Source: a virus
Taxonomy: Duplodnaviria > Caudoviricetes
Length of the DNA stretch: 32,845 nt
Virus record (IMG/VR): IMGVR_UViG_3300028548_005859
Span: 1 to 32,845 of that record
Strand: one strand, 5' to 3'
Part shown: in pieces, positions 25,401 to 32,845 of the stretch
Layout of the letters: every line of letters begins with the position of its first letter
Numbering within the stretch: position 1 is the stretch's first letter
The notes under the pieces: model-generated
Database searches by the model: none
Told to the model about the DNA's origin: nothing
The model's input: the letters and a program-made list of their open reading frames with translations, nothing else
Made by a program: the position numbers and the translations under genes

Positions 25401-27459
25401 TAACATCTTCAAAAGTAGTTTCTAGAACTTTAGTTGTAGCGTTATAATTTTTTATTGTTCCTGTATGTGTAGTAAGAGTGTTTGTTGCAACAAAAGTTCC
25501 TGTTGCATCTTTAACAATAAAGTTAGCGTGAAATTGAGCTTCGGGGGATTGGTTATACTTAAATCCTTGGTTTGTAACATCAACACTATCTACTGCACCA
25601 ATATTTTTTGTCGTTGCAAGAAGGGCGGCAGCTGTTCCACCAGTTGTTATAATGCTAACAGTTGGAAGTAAAGAATAACCATCACCACCATTACTAACAA
25701 ATATTCTAGTAATCTCACCAGTTGCAACTGTACCTTCTTCTAAAGCAAAGGAATCTGTTTCTGTTCCGTAAGTATCACCACTTTCTTGTAAGTCATAACC
25801 ATTTTGATTTAGTATAATATTACTACCAGCATTTTTAGAAGAACCATTTGTTCCATCTAAAACAAGAGTGTCACCAACACCACCAGCAATATTATCAAAG
25901 AATAAATTGATATTGTCTGATAGAGTTAATGCAGAACTTATAGTAATAGAATTTTGTGATGCAACAGCTGTTACAGTAATGACTCTAGATCGTTCTATAC
26001 CATTACCAGATAAAACCATACCTACTACAATTGTTCCAGAGTTTCCATCTAATTTTACTGTAGTGCTTTTAGATGTTGCACCATTAACAACAGCAGTAGC
26101 TTCAGTTCCACCACCATCTAATACAAGTTGAAACTCTTCTAGTTGTGAAGTTGATCCTGATTCAAGAACTAGAAGTTTTCCAGCATCTGTTGATGATGAA
26201 TCTGTACCATCCATTATTAAAGAACCATCCACAACAGAAACAAATCCAGTTGCAGCTGTAGTGTTAGTGCTTATCTCTGTAGTAGTAAATGTTAGAACAT
26301 CTCCTACATTAAAGTTTGTTCCTGCATCGTCAATAATAACTTCACTAACACTACCCCTTTTAACTGAGGTAACTTCTGCTTTAGCTTCACCATTACCTAT
26401 TGCTGTTTGTGTGTCTAATTCTACTTTGTCACCAATATCATAAAGAATACCACCATTAGTCACATTAAATTTTGTAACTATACCTCTAATTGTAAATGTC
26501 ATAGTAACATCTTGAACAGTAGATGTTCCAGTAATAGTTTCTCCGTCTATAAAAGTTCCAACTATAGAAGTAGGATTTAATTCAAATTGAACTATAGCAT
26601 CTCCACCTTCTGCTGTACTCAATGCACTAGAAACAACAGCGGTGGCACTAGAAGTACCACCTGTAATTGTTGTACCAACAATTTCTGTTGAAATAGAATT
26701 TATGCCAGGAGAGGTTCTCAATATTACTTGATTAACCCAGTTTCCATCTGATGATCTCATCATAAATTTATTTGGATAAGTTACTTCAGAATTTTGTCCC
26801 AACAACATCCTCATAAAAATTTTATGACCTTCAGATGTTCCCTTCGCTCGGTAAAGTTCTCTAATGTTCTTTATTAAATTTCTTTTATTAACACCATCAG
26901 CAAGCTTGTTTGGTATTGCGTTCATAAACGATTCACGTAATTGATCTAAGAAATCGTATATGGTATTATCTACGTTTGCATACTCTAATAATTGCTGTAA
27001 AGTTTGTACAGGGTTTGCTCTGTATCTATCTATCGTACCAGTTGAACTAGAAGTTCCACCAGTAATAGTTTCACCTGTCTGAAACTGTTGTTGAGATGTT
27101 ATAAACAATCTTGGTGTATCATTACCAAGATCATCTACAAGAATTTTTGCAGTAGCTTTACTTATTGATCCAGTAATGGTTTCACCAACAACAAACTTAC
27201 CATCGGTTCCAGAACCAGACTCTAAAACAATTTCATTACCATCTACATCTAATACACTTGATGGAGTTTCTAATTCTAAAAGTAGATTATCAATATTAAC
27301 AGTTACTCTTAATTCACCAGCTTCCAAATATTCATAATAGTATTTTAAAAATTTTACAAATAGAGGATGGTCTGCTTGTATAAAGTCAGGAACTTGACCT
27401 TCAATTAAAGGACTAATCTTAGTTGTTAAGTTTGATGAATATCCGTCAAAAGGAGCCAT
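22474..27459 (-). CDS. gp7: Baseplate wedge initiator gp7-like protein (1661 aa), expanded with acidic repeats
   Basis: Lies between gp6 and gp8. ISPLIEGQVPDFI..DHPLFVKFLKYYYE, LIKNIRELYRAKGT and LQDSVFYQQFSYQI...KKAVHPAGF motifs of marine T4-like gp7. Confidence 0.8.
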   Translation of the reverse strand: MAPFDGYSSNLTTKISPLIEGQVPDFIQADHPLFVKFLKYYYEYLEAGELRVTVNIDNLLLELETPSSVLDVDGNEIVLESGSGTDGKFVVGETITGSISKATAKILVDDLGNDTPRLFITSQQQFQTGETITGGTSSSTGTIDRYRANPVQTLQQLLEYANVDNTIYDFLDQLRESFMNAIPNKLADGVNKRNLIKNIRELYRAKGTSEGHKIFMRMLLGQNSEVTYPNKFMMRSSDGNWVNQVILRTSPGINSISTEIVGTTITGGTSSATAVVSSALSTAEGGDAIVQFELNPTSIVGTFIDGETITGTSTVQDVTMTFTIRGIVTKFNVTNGGILYDIGDKVELDTQTAIGNGEAKAEVTSVKRGSVSEVIIDDAGTNFNVGDVLTFTTTEISTNTTAATGFVSVVDGSLIMDGTDSSSTDAGKLLVLESGSTSQLEEFQLVLDGGGTEATAVVNGATSKSTTVKLDGNSGTIVVGMVLSGNGIERSRVITVTAVASQNSITISSALTLSDNINLFFDNIAGGVGDTLVLDGTNGSSKNAGSNIILNQNGYDLQESGDTYGTETDSFALEEGTVATGEITRIFVSNGGDGYSLLPTVSIITTGGTAAALLATTKNIGAVDSVDVTNQGFKYNQSPEAQFHANFIVKDATGTFVATNTLTTHTGTIKNYNATTKVLETTFEDVIRITMEDGDSNDIELEKSLLELSDRDGEGDLQADNILVEEDQLVDENGNNFVLDSSFSGKQLDYFTLEDDTDNGSDGFLVVEDTRIGIFLHEGLDHSAIALETAAGFGDGSVDPTNGRSSYDKLISEQDGDLLIFETEGLSTERYFESGAHVRDRFVTEDSAAVATLDDDGDNILLDADIEYGTVNEIHLLLEGTDASGTDAGDNIINESIGNSIILNGTDANSLNFNDLLLGDAEALDGSIALDGTDVNSTDIGANLINEDPIDFLTTPVTITDSGGATATIVSAEIGKGTTAIGTQAETVPSYGSNIESLVGENLNRLQDSVFYQQFSYQIETGAATTDYITQLKKAVHPAGFNVFGKVSLATSISVAIGTVGSSLGGGYTADTDTFSPILASTFRILFDEKVQTRMGVSEGYGVNNFNDEILLENNETNIGELILDGTDSSSTNSGFKLVSETLPLNFLDFEGISITHGTGAGEFGVLVDESDGDKIISESAETISNSLLINSTPDSNHITPTDTGSAFLLDGIDSSGTSDGDNIELEQSLCDLTSFFTLDIGVVDSDNNILNESGGTQYLESAGKGNTNNFERSVISVVSRKIHLPSIQASSLTSGLITIAENPFTGHTDGGGIELEFGTALSGVLLLNGFEQINKKGSVNRIDGAGDELQLEDFSDLNYDSGFDFKQFANYTDDNIVLNGTDGSSTNAGDNILLDAFDETGRHGGDLLQGESQFNFNLFVLEDIIRPDIFIVDPTGGGEVFGILQETDEIGSFRLEDGSTVSGTHGDEMLLEDETGVGRQNKISLEFQRIIPEDEVLKRTTHGFDLTGTIPPENFTNSDVEPFVLPADIESRNIGTMRLESTNFEVTNIQIETGTDGGSFGNLVLDATGSTETFGVENENAPIKLEDNENIFRGTGFDNIVLDGTDSDSTNAGSNIKEEKGSFLDQLSNAVVKVDTSIQGGFDSNQFRFDQIESTFDRTI

Positions 27460-27462
27460 TTT

Positions 27463-29367
27463 TTAATAACTCGACGGTGTTGTATAACTAGAGGTTGTAT
27501 TGTATATTGATCCAGCTGCAGAATCTCCTGTTGATATAGTATCTACTTCTCCCGTTACGGTAGTGTTTATAAAATCTATTTCTAATATTTGGTTACGAAG
27601 AGGAACAATGTCGCTTGAATCTGGAATTACTGTTATTCTAATTATACTAGAAGCGGCACCATCAACATCTGATATTGATATTATATTAATATTATTAATA
27701 ACAATACTACCAGTTATATAATCTATTGTTCCTACTGTTTCATCTTTATATACTCTTACACCAGCAACAATAAAGAAAAGTCTTAAAACACCACTACCAT
27801 TATCATCAAAAAACATAATATTAGTTGTGTCTCCACTAATCTTAAATCCAGTGGAAGATAAAACACCCCCAGCAATAGAATTATGACCATCGTGTGGATT
27901 AAAAATTTTATTATTAAAAGTAATGGTATATGATTTTGATGTATTTAATAATGGTTCTAGATTATGAGCCAAAGTTACATTAGTAATATTTCCTGTTATA
28001 GAATTATCAGTATCATCTATAAGTCCTGTTACTTTTGAATGTCTAAACATTCCGTCAAATTGACCTAAACTATTTTTATTCAAGTTTTTTAATGTGGTTA
28101 AAATTTCAGATGATAATCCAGCTGAAGTTTTGGTTGTTTTACTAGAATCAAACTTAAAGACTACTTGTAAAATAATTTTTGTGGTTTGAGTATTAACAAT
28201 AACTGGTGTTATTGATGCAACTGTAAAAGGTGCAAGATCAACAACTAATTGAGATTTTTCAGTAGCAGTTAAATTATTACCTGTCGTAGATTTTATTGAT
28301 ATAAAAACTTTTCCATATTCTGGAGTACTAACTACACCAAGACTTGTATCAAAAGAACCAGCCTCTCCACCAAAGACTTGAACAGATTGAGTATTAGGGA
28401 AAAGTTTCTTTGCAAAAACTTTATAGTCCTCTGATGTAACACAACGACCTTGAGAAGCAAAATCCAAAGGAGCATTATATTTTATAGATGCAAGACTTTC
28501 TGGTTCTGAACCAGCAGATGCAATTTCTGATGTTGCAACTGATACATCTGTAACACTTGAAATTGATGCCGCATTTGTAAATAAAGATGCACCGTTTGCA
28601 GCAGTTTTATTAGATACAATATATGTAAGTATAACAATGTTGTTATCAGAAAGAGCAGTACCAATAATACCATCACCAAAGTAAACTTCAAATAATCCAG
28701 CTTCCACTTCTTGTAAAAAGAAAACATTACTTCCAGTTGTTACTTGTGTTATGTCTGTTGCTTCTGTAAATACATTAGAAGATGAATCTGTAGATGATGT
28801 TTGAACTTTGACTGTCAAAGTAGTAGTGTCTGCTCTATTATTTGTAATAAGAAATCTTTGATCTATATCAGAAGAATCAACAGTATATCTTGTTGTAATA
28901 AATGTTCCCTCATAGATGTCAACTCCAACAAAAGGAATAGTATTACCAATATTAGATTTTGTTATATCTTCAATAGTTGAAAATTGATAAGATACATCCT
29001 CTACAGTAGTATTGAAAACAGTTCCTGCTGACATTGTTACCGAAATATCATTAGTATTAAGAGTAACATCTATCTTTGCTTTTGAAGCTCTAGAAGAAGT
29101 TGGAACATAACCTAATGTTTTTGCGTGAGAAACAATACTTGATCTTAATGACGCACTATCTAAAAACATTTCATTTGCTAACATATTTGCATTGAAACCA
29201 AGATAGTGAGTGTTGTATGCAAGAACATCTAACAATGCACTCATACCAGAACCCTCAAAATCATAATCCGTAAATTCGTTTTGAGCTCCTAGAAATATTT
29301 TAAGATTTTCTTTTACATCATCAAAATCAAATTCTGTTACTTCTAATCTTTTATTGTTTGTTGCCAT
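27463..29367 (-). CDS. gp6: Baseplate wedge subunit
   Basis: DFDDVKENL..FL..Q.EFTDYDFEGSGM..LLDVLAYNTHY...NEMFLDSA.LRSSIVSHAK.LGY.P, YFGDGIIG and QGRCVTSEDY. Confidence 0.97.
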   Translation of the reverse strand: MATNNKRLEVTEFDFDDVKENLKIFLGAQNEFTDYDFEGSGMSALLDVLAYNTHYLGFNANMLANEMFLDSASLRSSIVSHAKTLGYVPTSSRASKAKIDVTLNTNDISVTMSAGTVFNTTVEDVSYQFSTIEDITKSNIGNTIPFVGVDIYEGTFITTRYTVDSSDIDQRFLITNNRADTTTLTVKVQTSSTDSSSNVFTEATDITQVTTGSNVFFLQEVEAGLFEVYFGDGIIGTALSDNNIVILTYIVSNKTAANGASLFTNAASISSVTDVSVATSEIASAGSEPESLASIKYNAPLDFASQGRCVTSEDYKVFAKKLFPNTQSVQVFGGEAGSFDTSLGVVSTPEYGKVFISIKSTTGNNLTATEKSQLVVDLAPFTVASITPVIVNTQTTKIILQVVFKFDSSKTTKTSAGLSSEILTTLKNLNKNSLGQFDGMFRHSKVTGLIDDTDNSITGNITNVTLAHNLEPLLNTSKSYTITFNNKIFNPHDGHNSIAGGVLSSTGFKISGDTTNIMFFDDNGSGVLRLFFIVAGVRVYKDETVGTIDYITGSIVINNINIISISDVDGAASSIIRITVIPDSSDIVPLRNQILEIDFINTTVTGEVDTISTGDSAAGSIYNTTSSYTTPSSY

Positions 29368-29807
29368 TATCGTAATACCTCTAGAAATACTGTTAAGTCA
29401 ACAAGCTCTGTCGGTGCATTAACAACAAAGAACTCTATTGTCACTTCATATTCATTACGATCTAAATTTGGGTCAGCACGAACACTAATAAGTTTAACCC
29501 TTGGTTCAAAATTTTCAATAACATCTTCTATCTTTTTTGCAAGAATAAATGCTGTCATGTTAGTCATATTCTCAAATAACATATCTCTAATACCAGAACC
29601 AATTTCTGGATGAAAGGGTTTCTCATAATGATTCAATAAAACAAGATTACGAACAGACCTTTTAACAGCTGCTATATCTGTAACCTTTCTAACATCCTTA
29701 GATGCTTGTGTCTTTGCAAAGAACAAATCTAAATCTTTATATTGCCGCACATTACGGTCTATATCATTTTGACCTTGTGCATCTCTATGTGCGGTTGATG
29801 TAGCCAT
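29367..29807 (-). CDS. gp25: Baseplate wedge subunit / sheath initiator
   Basis: YKDLDL.F, AVKRSVRNLVL...EKPFHPEIGS and IENFEPRV. TAATG-coupled to gp6. Confidence 0.95.
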   Translation of the reverse strand: MATSTAHRDAQGQNDIDRNVRQYKDLDLFFAKTQASKDVRKVTDIAAVKRSVRNLVLLNHYEKPFHPEIGSGIRDMLFENMTNMTAFILAKKIEDVIENFEPRVKLISVRADPNLDRNEYEVTIEFFVVNAPTELVDLTVFLEVLR

Positions 29808-29829
29808 TAAGTTAGATTCCTTTTACATT

Positions 29830-29837
29830 TATTTATA
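29830..29837 (-). promoter_or_regulatory. Late promoter TATAAATA for gp25-gp6-gp7 (proximal)
   Basis: Intergenic TATTTATA, 22 nt upstream of the gp25 ATG. Confidence 0.78.
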
Positions 29838-29868
29838 AAGAAACTTAGAGTTTATTTTAACATATCTA

Positions 29869-29876
29869 TATTTATA
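29869..29876 (-). promoter_or_regulatory. Second TATAAATA box upstream of gp25 (distal)
   Basis: TATTTATA overlapping the stop codon of the 345-aa ORF. Confidence 0.55.
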
Positions 29877-30909
29877 CCTTGTATGTTGGGTCATATGTAG
29901 AGTTAGTTTGATACCTCACTACAAAAGAAAGGCCTTCTTTACCTCGACGTTGTTTTCTAGCAGGTGCTTCTGTATAATTTCTTAGAACCTCAGAAATTAA
30001 TATTTCTTTTCCTGATACAGTAAACGTATCAAACCTACCTACTTGACCTTTCCTTAATGGTTCCTCTATAATGAATCGTTGTCTACCATCTTCATCAAAA
30101 CCTTTAACTGATGATACCTTTGTTGGTATTTGTTTTAATTCTATAACTGGCCCAGCAGTCCCAGATGAAACATTATCTAATAAAACATTCTCAGTAATAA
30201 TAATAGGTCTGGTAGAAAAACCAGCCTTACTAATATTCTTTCTTTTATCACCCTCAAAAGCATCGGCAGCAGTTGTCACTTCTGCTGTAATAGAATTTTG
30301 AGTAACTTTTGTAGTTTTAGTTGCTATTGTAAGTTGTTCAGTATCTTCTTCAGGCAAAGTTGGTGATGTAACTATGACTGAACTTGATGCGGCATTTGTT
30401 GCAGCAGTTTGAGCTAAGTTTTCTTGGATTGTAGCTGGAACTTCTTCAACAGGATCATCTTCTGGTAACTTAACTTCAATAGCTTTTTGAACTGCATCAC
30501 CACCACCTGCCGGAAGTTCAAAATTAGGAATATCAAAAGATAAACTCTTACCAGCGGCAACAGCTGAAGCAGCACTTGAGACTAAACTATTCAAACTAAA
30601 TCCAGATGCAGATAATGCTCCACCAAAGTTTGATGTTATACTTGATAACAAACCCGCAGCTTGTGCTGCATTAGCAATTCCAGATAAACTAGACAATTGT
30701 GCTTGTAAATTAATATTTGGTAATTCTAAACCTTGTGGAATTAGACTTCTTAAATCTGTTGCAAGAGCAGACAGTTCTGATCCAATTGCAGTTGATGCTA
30801 TCAAAGCTTCAACTTCCGAATTTGCTTTCGCAATAATGGTTGTAGAATCTATCTGTTTTAAAATACTATTAAATTTTTCATTGGCCGCAGCCAACCCCCC
30901 AGTAATCAT
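29872..30909 (-). CDS. Hypothetical protein (345 aa), probably virion-associated
   Basis: Long ORF tightly packed between PAAR and gp25. Ala/Ser/Leu-rich N-terminal half, acidic/Pro linker, basic C-terminal part. No motif recognised. Confidence 0.7.
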   Translation of the reverse strand: MITGGLAAANEKFNSILKQIDSTTIIAKANSEVEALIASTAIGSELSALATDLRSLIPQGLELPNINLQAQLSSLSGIANAAQAAGLLSSITSNFGGALSASGFSLNSLVSSAASAVAAGKSLSFDIPNFELPAGGGDAVQKAIEVKLPEDDPVEEVPATIQENLAQTAATNAASSSVIVTSPTLPEEDTEQLTIATKTTKVTQNSITAEVTTAADAFEGDKRKNISKAGFSTRPIIITENVLLDNVSSGTAGPVIELKQIPTKVSSVKGFDEDGRQRFIIEEPLRKGQVGRFDTFTVSGKEILISEVLRNYTEAPARKQRRGKEGLSFVVRYQTNSTYDPTYKV

Positions 30910-30912
30910 ACT

Positions 30913-31203
30913 CTATCCTCCTGCAAAAACATTTTCGCTACCAGCAGCAACTGATGTACATGAAGTAATACTGTCGCCAATTCTACCGCAACCCAAATCA
31001 TTAACTTTAACTGTAGTTGAACCTGTAGTAATAGGTGCAACGTGAGGGGGGCATGGAGCTCCTGGTAATAAATGTACTGTATTAATATCTGTTTGTCTAC
31101 TTACCGCAATACTATTTACAAACACATTTGGAGAACCTATAGCTCTAACCATTTCAGAGCAATGTGGTATATCTGCATCGCCTATTCTAGTTACTGCTGG
31201 CAT
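30913..31203 (-). CDS. PAAR-repeat spike-tip protein (T4 gp5.4-like)
   Basis: MPAVTRIGD..H, GSPNVFVN...SRQTD, GSTTVKVN..GCGRIGD and GSENVFAGG, with His/Cys metal ligands. Near gp5. Confidence 0.93.
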   Translation of the reverse strand: MPAVTRIGDADIPHCSEMVRAIGSPNVFVNSIAVSRQTDINTVHLLPGAPCPPHVAPITTGSTTVKVNDLGCGRIGDSITSCTSVAAGSENVFAGG

Positions 31204-31795
31204 TTGTACTCTCCTGTGTAATTAGTTTTTTTAATTTAAAATTCCACAAAGCAATCTCTCTATGTTCTGCTTCCGTATGGCCATCACCTTCAGCATGAGG
31301 TTCTCCTACTGGTGGATGAAAATGATCTGCACCAACTGCATCTCCTACTATATTATCAAAAATAATCTTTCCACCAGTCTCATTTAATAAAACATCTGTT
31401 GTTCCTGTTTCTAATCTAACAAACGGCCCAAAAATAATATCCCCATCTATAAGTTCTAATATTAAATGGTTTTCTGTACCATCTGCAAAATTCTCTGGTA
31501 CTAATTTATCTCTACCTTCAGCATTTTCCATTATTAGATTATCACCAACATTAGCAGAAGAACTATCAGTACCATCTAAAACTATATTATTTTCTTCAGA
31601 CTCTTCAACAAATTTATCTGTTTGACCAAAATTTAAAGTATCTATTTCTAATAATATTTCATTCGACTGTTCTTCTGTTCCTAAGTCTGGTATAAAACTA
31701 ATAACGTGTTTCAATGTTGCTAATGGTATATCATCATAATTAGTATACACTATCTTTTCATTAGACGAATCAATTATAGTAAATGCGTGAGCCAT
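31187..31795 (-). CDS. Spike-associated hypothetical protein (202 aa) with an acidic central segment and a His-rich C-terminus
   Basis: Lies between gp5 and PAAR and overlaps the PAAR start. YTNYDDIP..HVISFIPD N-part, acidic LLE/LDGTD middle, and HTEAEHREIALWNFKL C-part. Confidence 0.75.
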   Translation of the reverse strand: MAHAFTIIDSSNEKIVYTNYDDIPLATLKHVISFIPDLGTEEQSNEILLEIDTLNFGQTDKFVEESEENNIVLDGTDSSSANVGDNLIMENAEGRDKLVPENFADGTENHLILELIDGDIIFGPFVRLETGTTDVLLNETGGKIIFDNIVGDAVGADHFHPPVGEPHAEGDGHTEAEHREIALWNFKLKKLITQESTNASSN

Positions 31796-31800
31796 TTTAA

Positions 31801-32844
31801 TTATTCTTCATCAACTTCAATAGCTACTGGGTTCAAGTCAATATCTGGGCCACCTGTTATTTTAATGTTGCCACTAGATGTATGTGTCCATGTTTTTCCT
31901 GTGGTAGAAATCCAACTTGTTCCTATTGTATCTTTCCTTGTTGTAGTTGAGTTAATTAGCATAGATGTTCCTGAGCTAATTGTCGTTGATAAAGTTGATC
32001 TCATATCTACATTTGATCCAGATTTAAATGACATTATACCAGAAGTTGTTGAAACTACCATATTATCTTTTGAAGTGATAAATAAATCTTTGTCACTAGT
32101 AATTTTCATATCATCTCCAGAATAAATTCTATTAATCTTACCAATTACTTCTGTCTTCGCACCAACTATGTTTATATCAACATCACCGGCGCCGGGCGCA
32201 GCTCCTTCTTCAAGGGGCCCTATATTACCTCTCACATAACCGCTAATATTATATGCATGATTACCTTTTATTTCTTCCTCAACATTACCACCACTTTTAT
32301 ACCCAACCTTAGTGCGAATATTTCCGCCTATCTTTTGTGTATAGTCTCCTTCTACCTCTAAATGATAATTACCTTTAATATATTCTCTTACCGTTCCTGC
32401 TATTGTTAGATTAACACTACCTGATACATAAACATTAGAACCACCAGCAATAATCTCATAGTTGTCTCCAATAACTTTAACAACTTTATCACCATTAGTA
32501 TGAAGTTCCTCAAATGTTCCTGACTTATGCTGAGTAAATAATCTTTCAGCACCAGGGCTATCATCTATCTCACGTATATGACCTGACTCACTTTCGTGAA
32601 CATGATTGTATGGATATTGAGCGGATGTATAAGGATCTGCATCTTTTACAATTCCTTTAGGTTGAGGTTCTTCCCAAAATCCTCTAGGGTCTTCTTCTGC
32701 AATATCTGATACAGTAGATAGGTTTGGTTTAGTTGCTTTTGGAACACCTGTATGATCTTCTGGAGGATGTTCATCACCTTCAACATGAGGTATACTAGGA
32801 TCACCTCGTAGTCTTCGTGATCTACGTTCAATTAATTTATTATG
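31801..32844 (-). CDS. gp5: Baseplate hub / central spike gp5, C-terminal part (5' end outside the window)
   Basis: The frame of the listed 144-aa ORF continues upstream to the window edge. It reads ...FWEEP...QYPYNHVHESESGHIREIDDSPGAERL..HKSGTFEE...VIGDNYEII.G..., followed by beta-helix V/I-x-G repeats. The ORF-track start at 32235 is internal. Confidence 0.93.
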   Translation of the reverse strand, partial: HNKLIERRSRRLRGDPSIPHVEGDEHPPEDHTGVPKATKPNLSTVSDIAEEDPRGFWEEPQPKGIVKDADPYTSAQYPYNHVHESESGHIREIDDSPGAERLFTQHKSGTFEELHTNGDKVVKVIGDNYEIIAGGSNVYVSGSVNLTIAGTVREYIKGNYHLEVEGDYTQKIGGNIRTKVGYKSGGNVEEEIKGNHAYNISGYVRGNIGPLEEGAAPGAGDVDINIVGAKTEVIGKINRIYSGDDMKITSDKDLFITSKDNMVVSTTSGIMSFKSGSNVDMRSTLSTTISSGTSMLINSTTTRKDTIGTSWISTTGKTWTHTSSGNIKITGGPDIDLNPVAIEVDEE

Positions 32845-32845
32845 A

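Noticed and set aside
12685-30301. Many short plus-strand or alternative-frame ORFs inside VrlC, gp7, gp6 and neighbouring genes
   Set aside because: They are fully nested in well-supported genes, have shadow-like composition and lack translation signals.
31801-32235. Stand-alone 144-aa ORF
   Set aside because: It is the C-terminal part of gp5; the frame continues upstream to the window edge.
32236-32845. Loss of the gp5 lysozyme domain
   Set aside because: No lysozyme motif is visible, but the gene is truncated by the window edge, so this cannot be decided.
1-32845. Alternative genetic code, tRNA genes or invertase-type shufflon
   Set aside because: Core genes are full length under the standard code, and TAA, TGA and TAG all serve as stops. 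No tRNA-like sequence, recombinase gene or inverted tip cassettes were seen.

Overview
AT-rich window from a T4-like myophage genome. The gene content resembles marine T4-like phages; the host cannot be determined from this sequence. It holds the late structural module, almost all on the minus strand. In transcription order: gp5 (partial), a 202-aa spike-associated protein, PAAR, a 345-aa unknown, gp25, gp6, gp7-like, [542-aa fibre + 260-aa putative tip], gp8, VrlC-like, a 76-aa coiled-coil protein, [622-aa fibre + 792-aa LamG/SPRY-like protein], gp13, gp14, [672-aa fibre], gp15, gp16, gp17, an opposite-strand degenerate HNH-like ORF, and the first codons of gp18. T4-type late promoters (TATAAATA) punctuate the module. 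The most interesting signal is an apparent modular fibre-attachment system. Both fibres with a T4 gp9/gp10-type N-terminal anchor lie directly downstream of a core protein carrying a 7-residue-periodic [F/I]-D peptide (baseplate gp7 and, unexpectedly, neck gp14). Two fibre stalks are each followed by a GC-shifted putative tip gene that begins with a short pseudo-repeated peptide. Several small modules are shared between otherwise unrelated structural genes: a 31-aa repeat, an acidic LDGTD motif, a ~66-aa beta module and a His motif. Family assignments rest on remembered motifs and synteny, not database searches.
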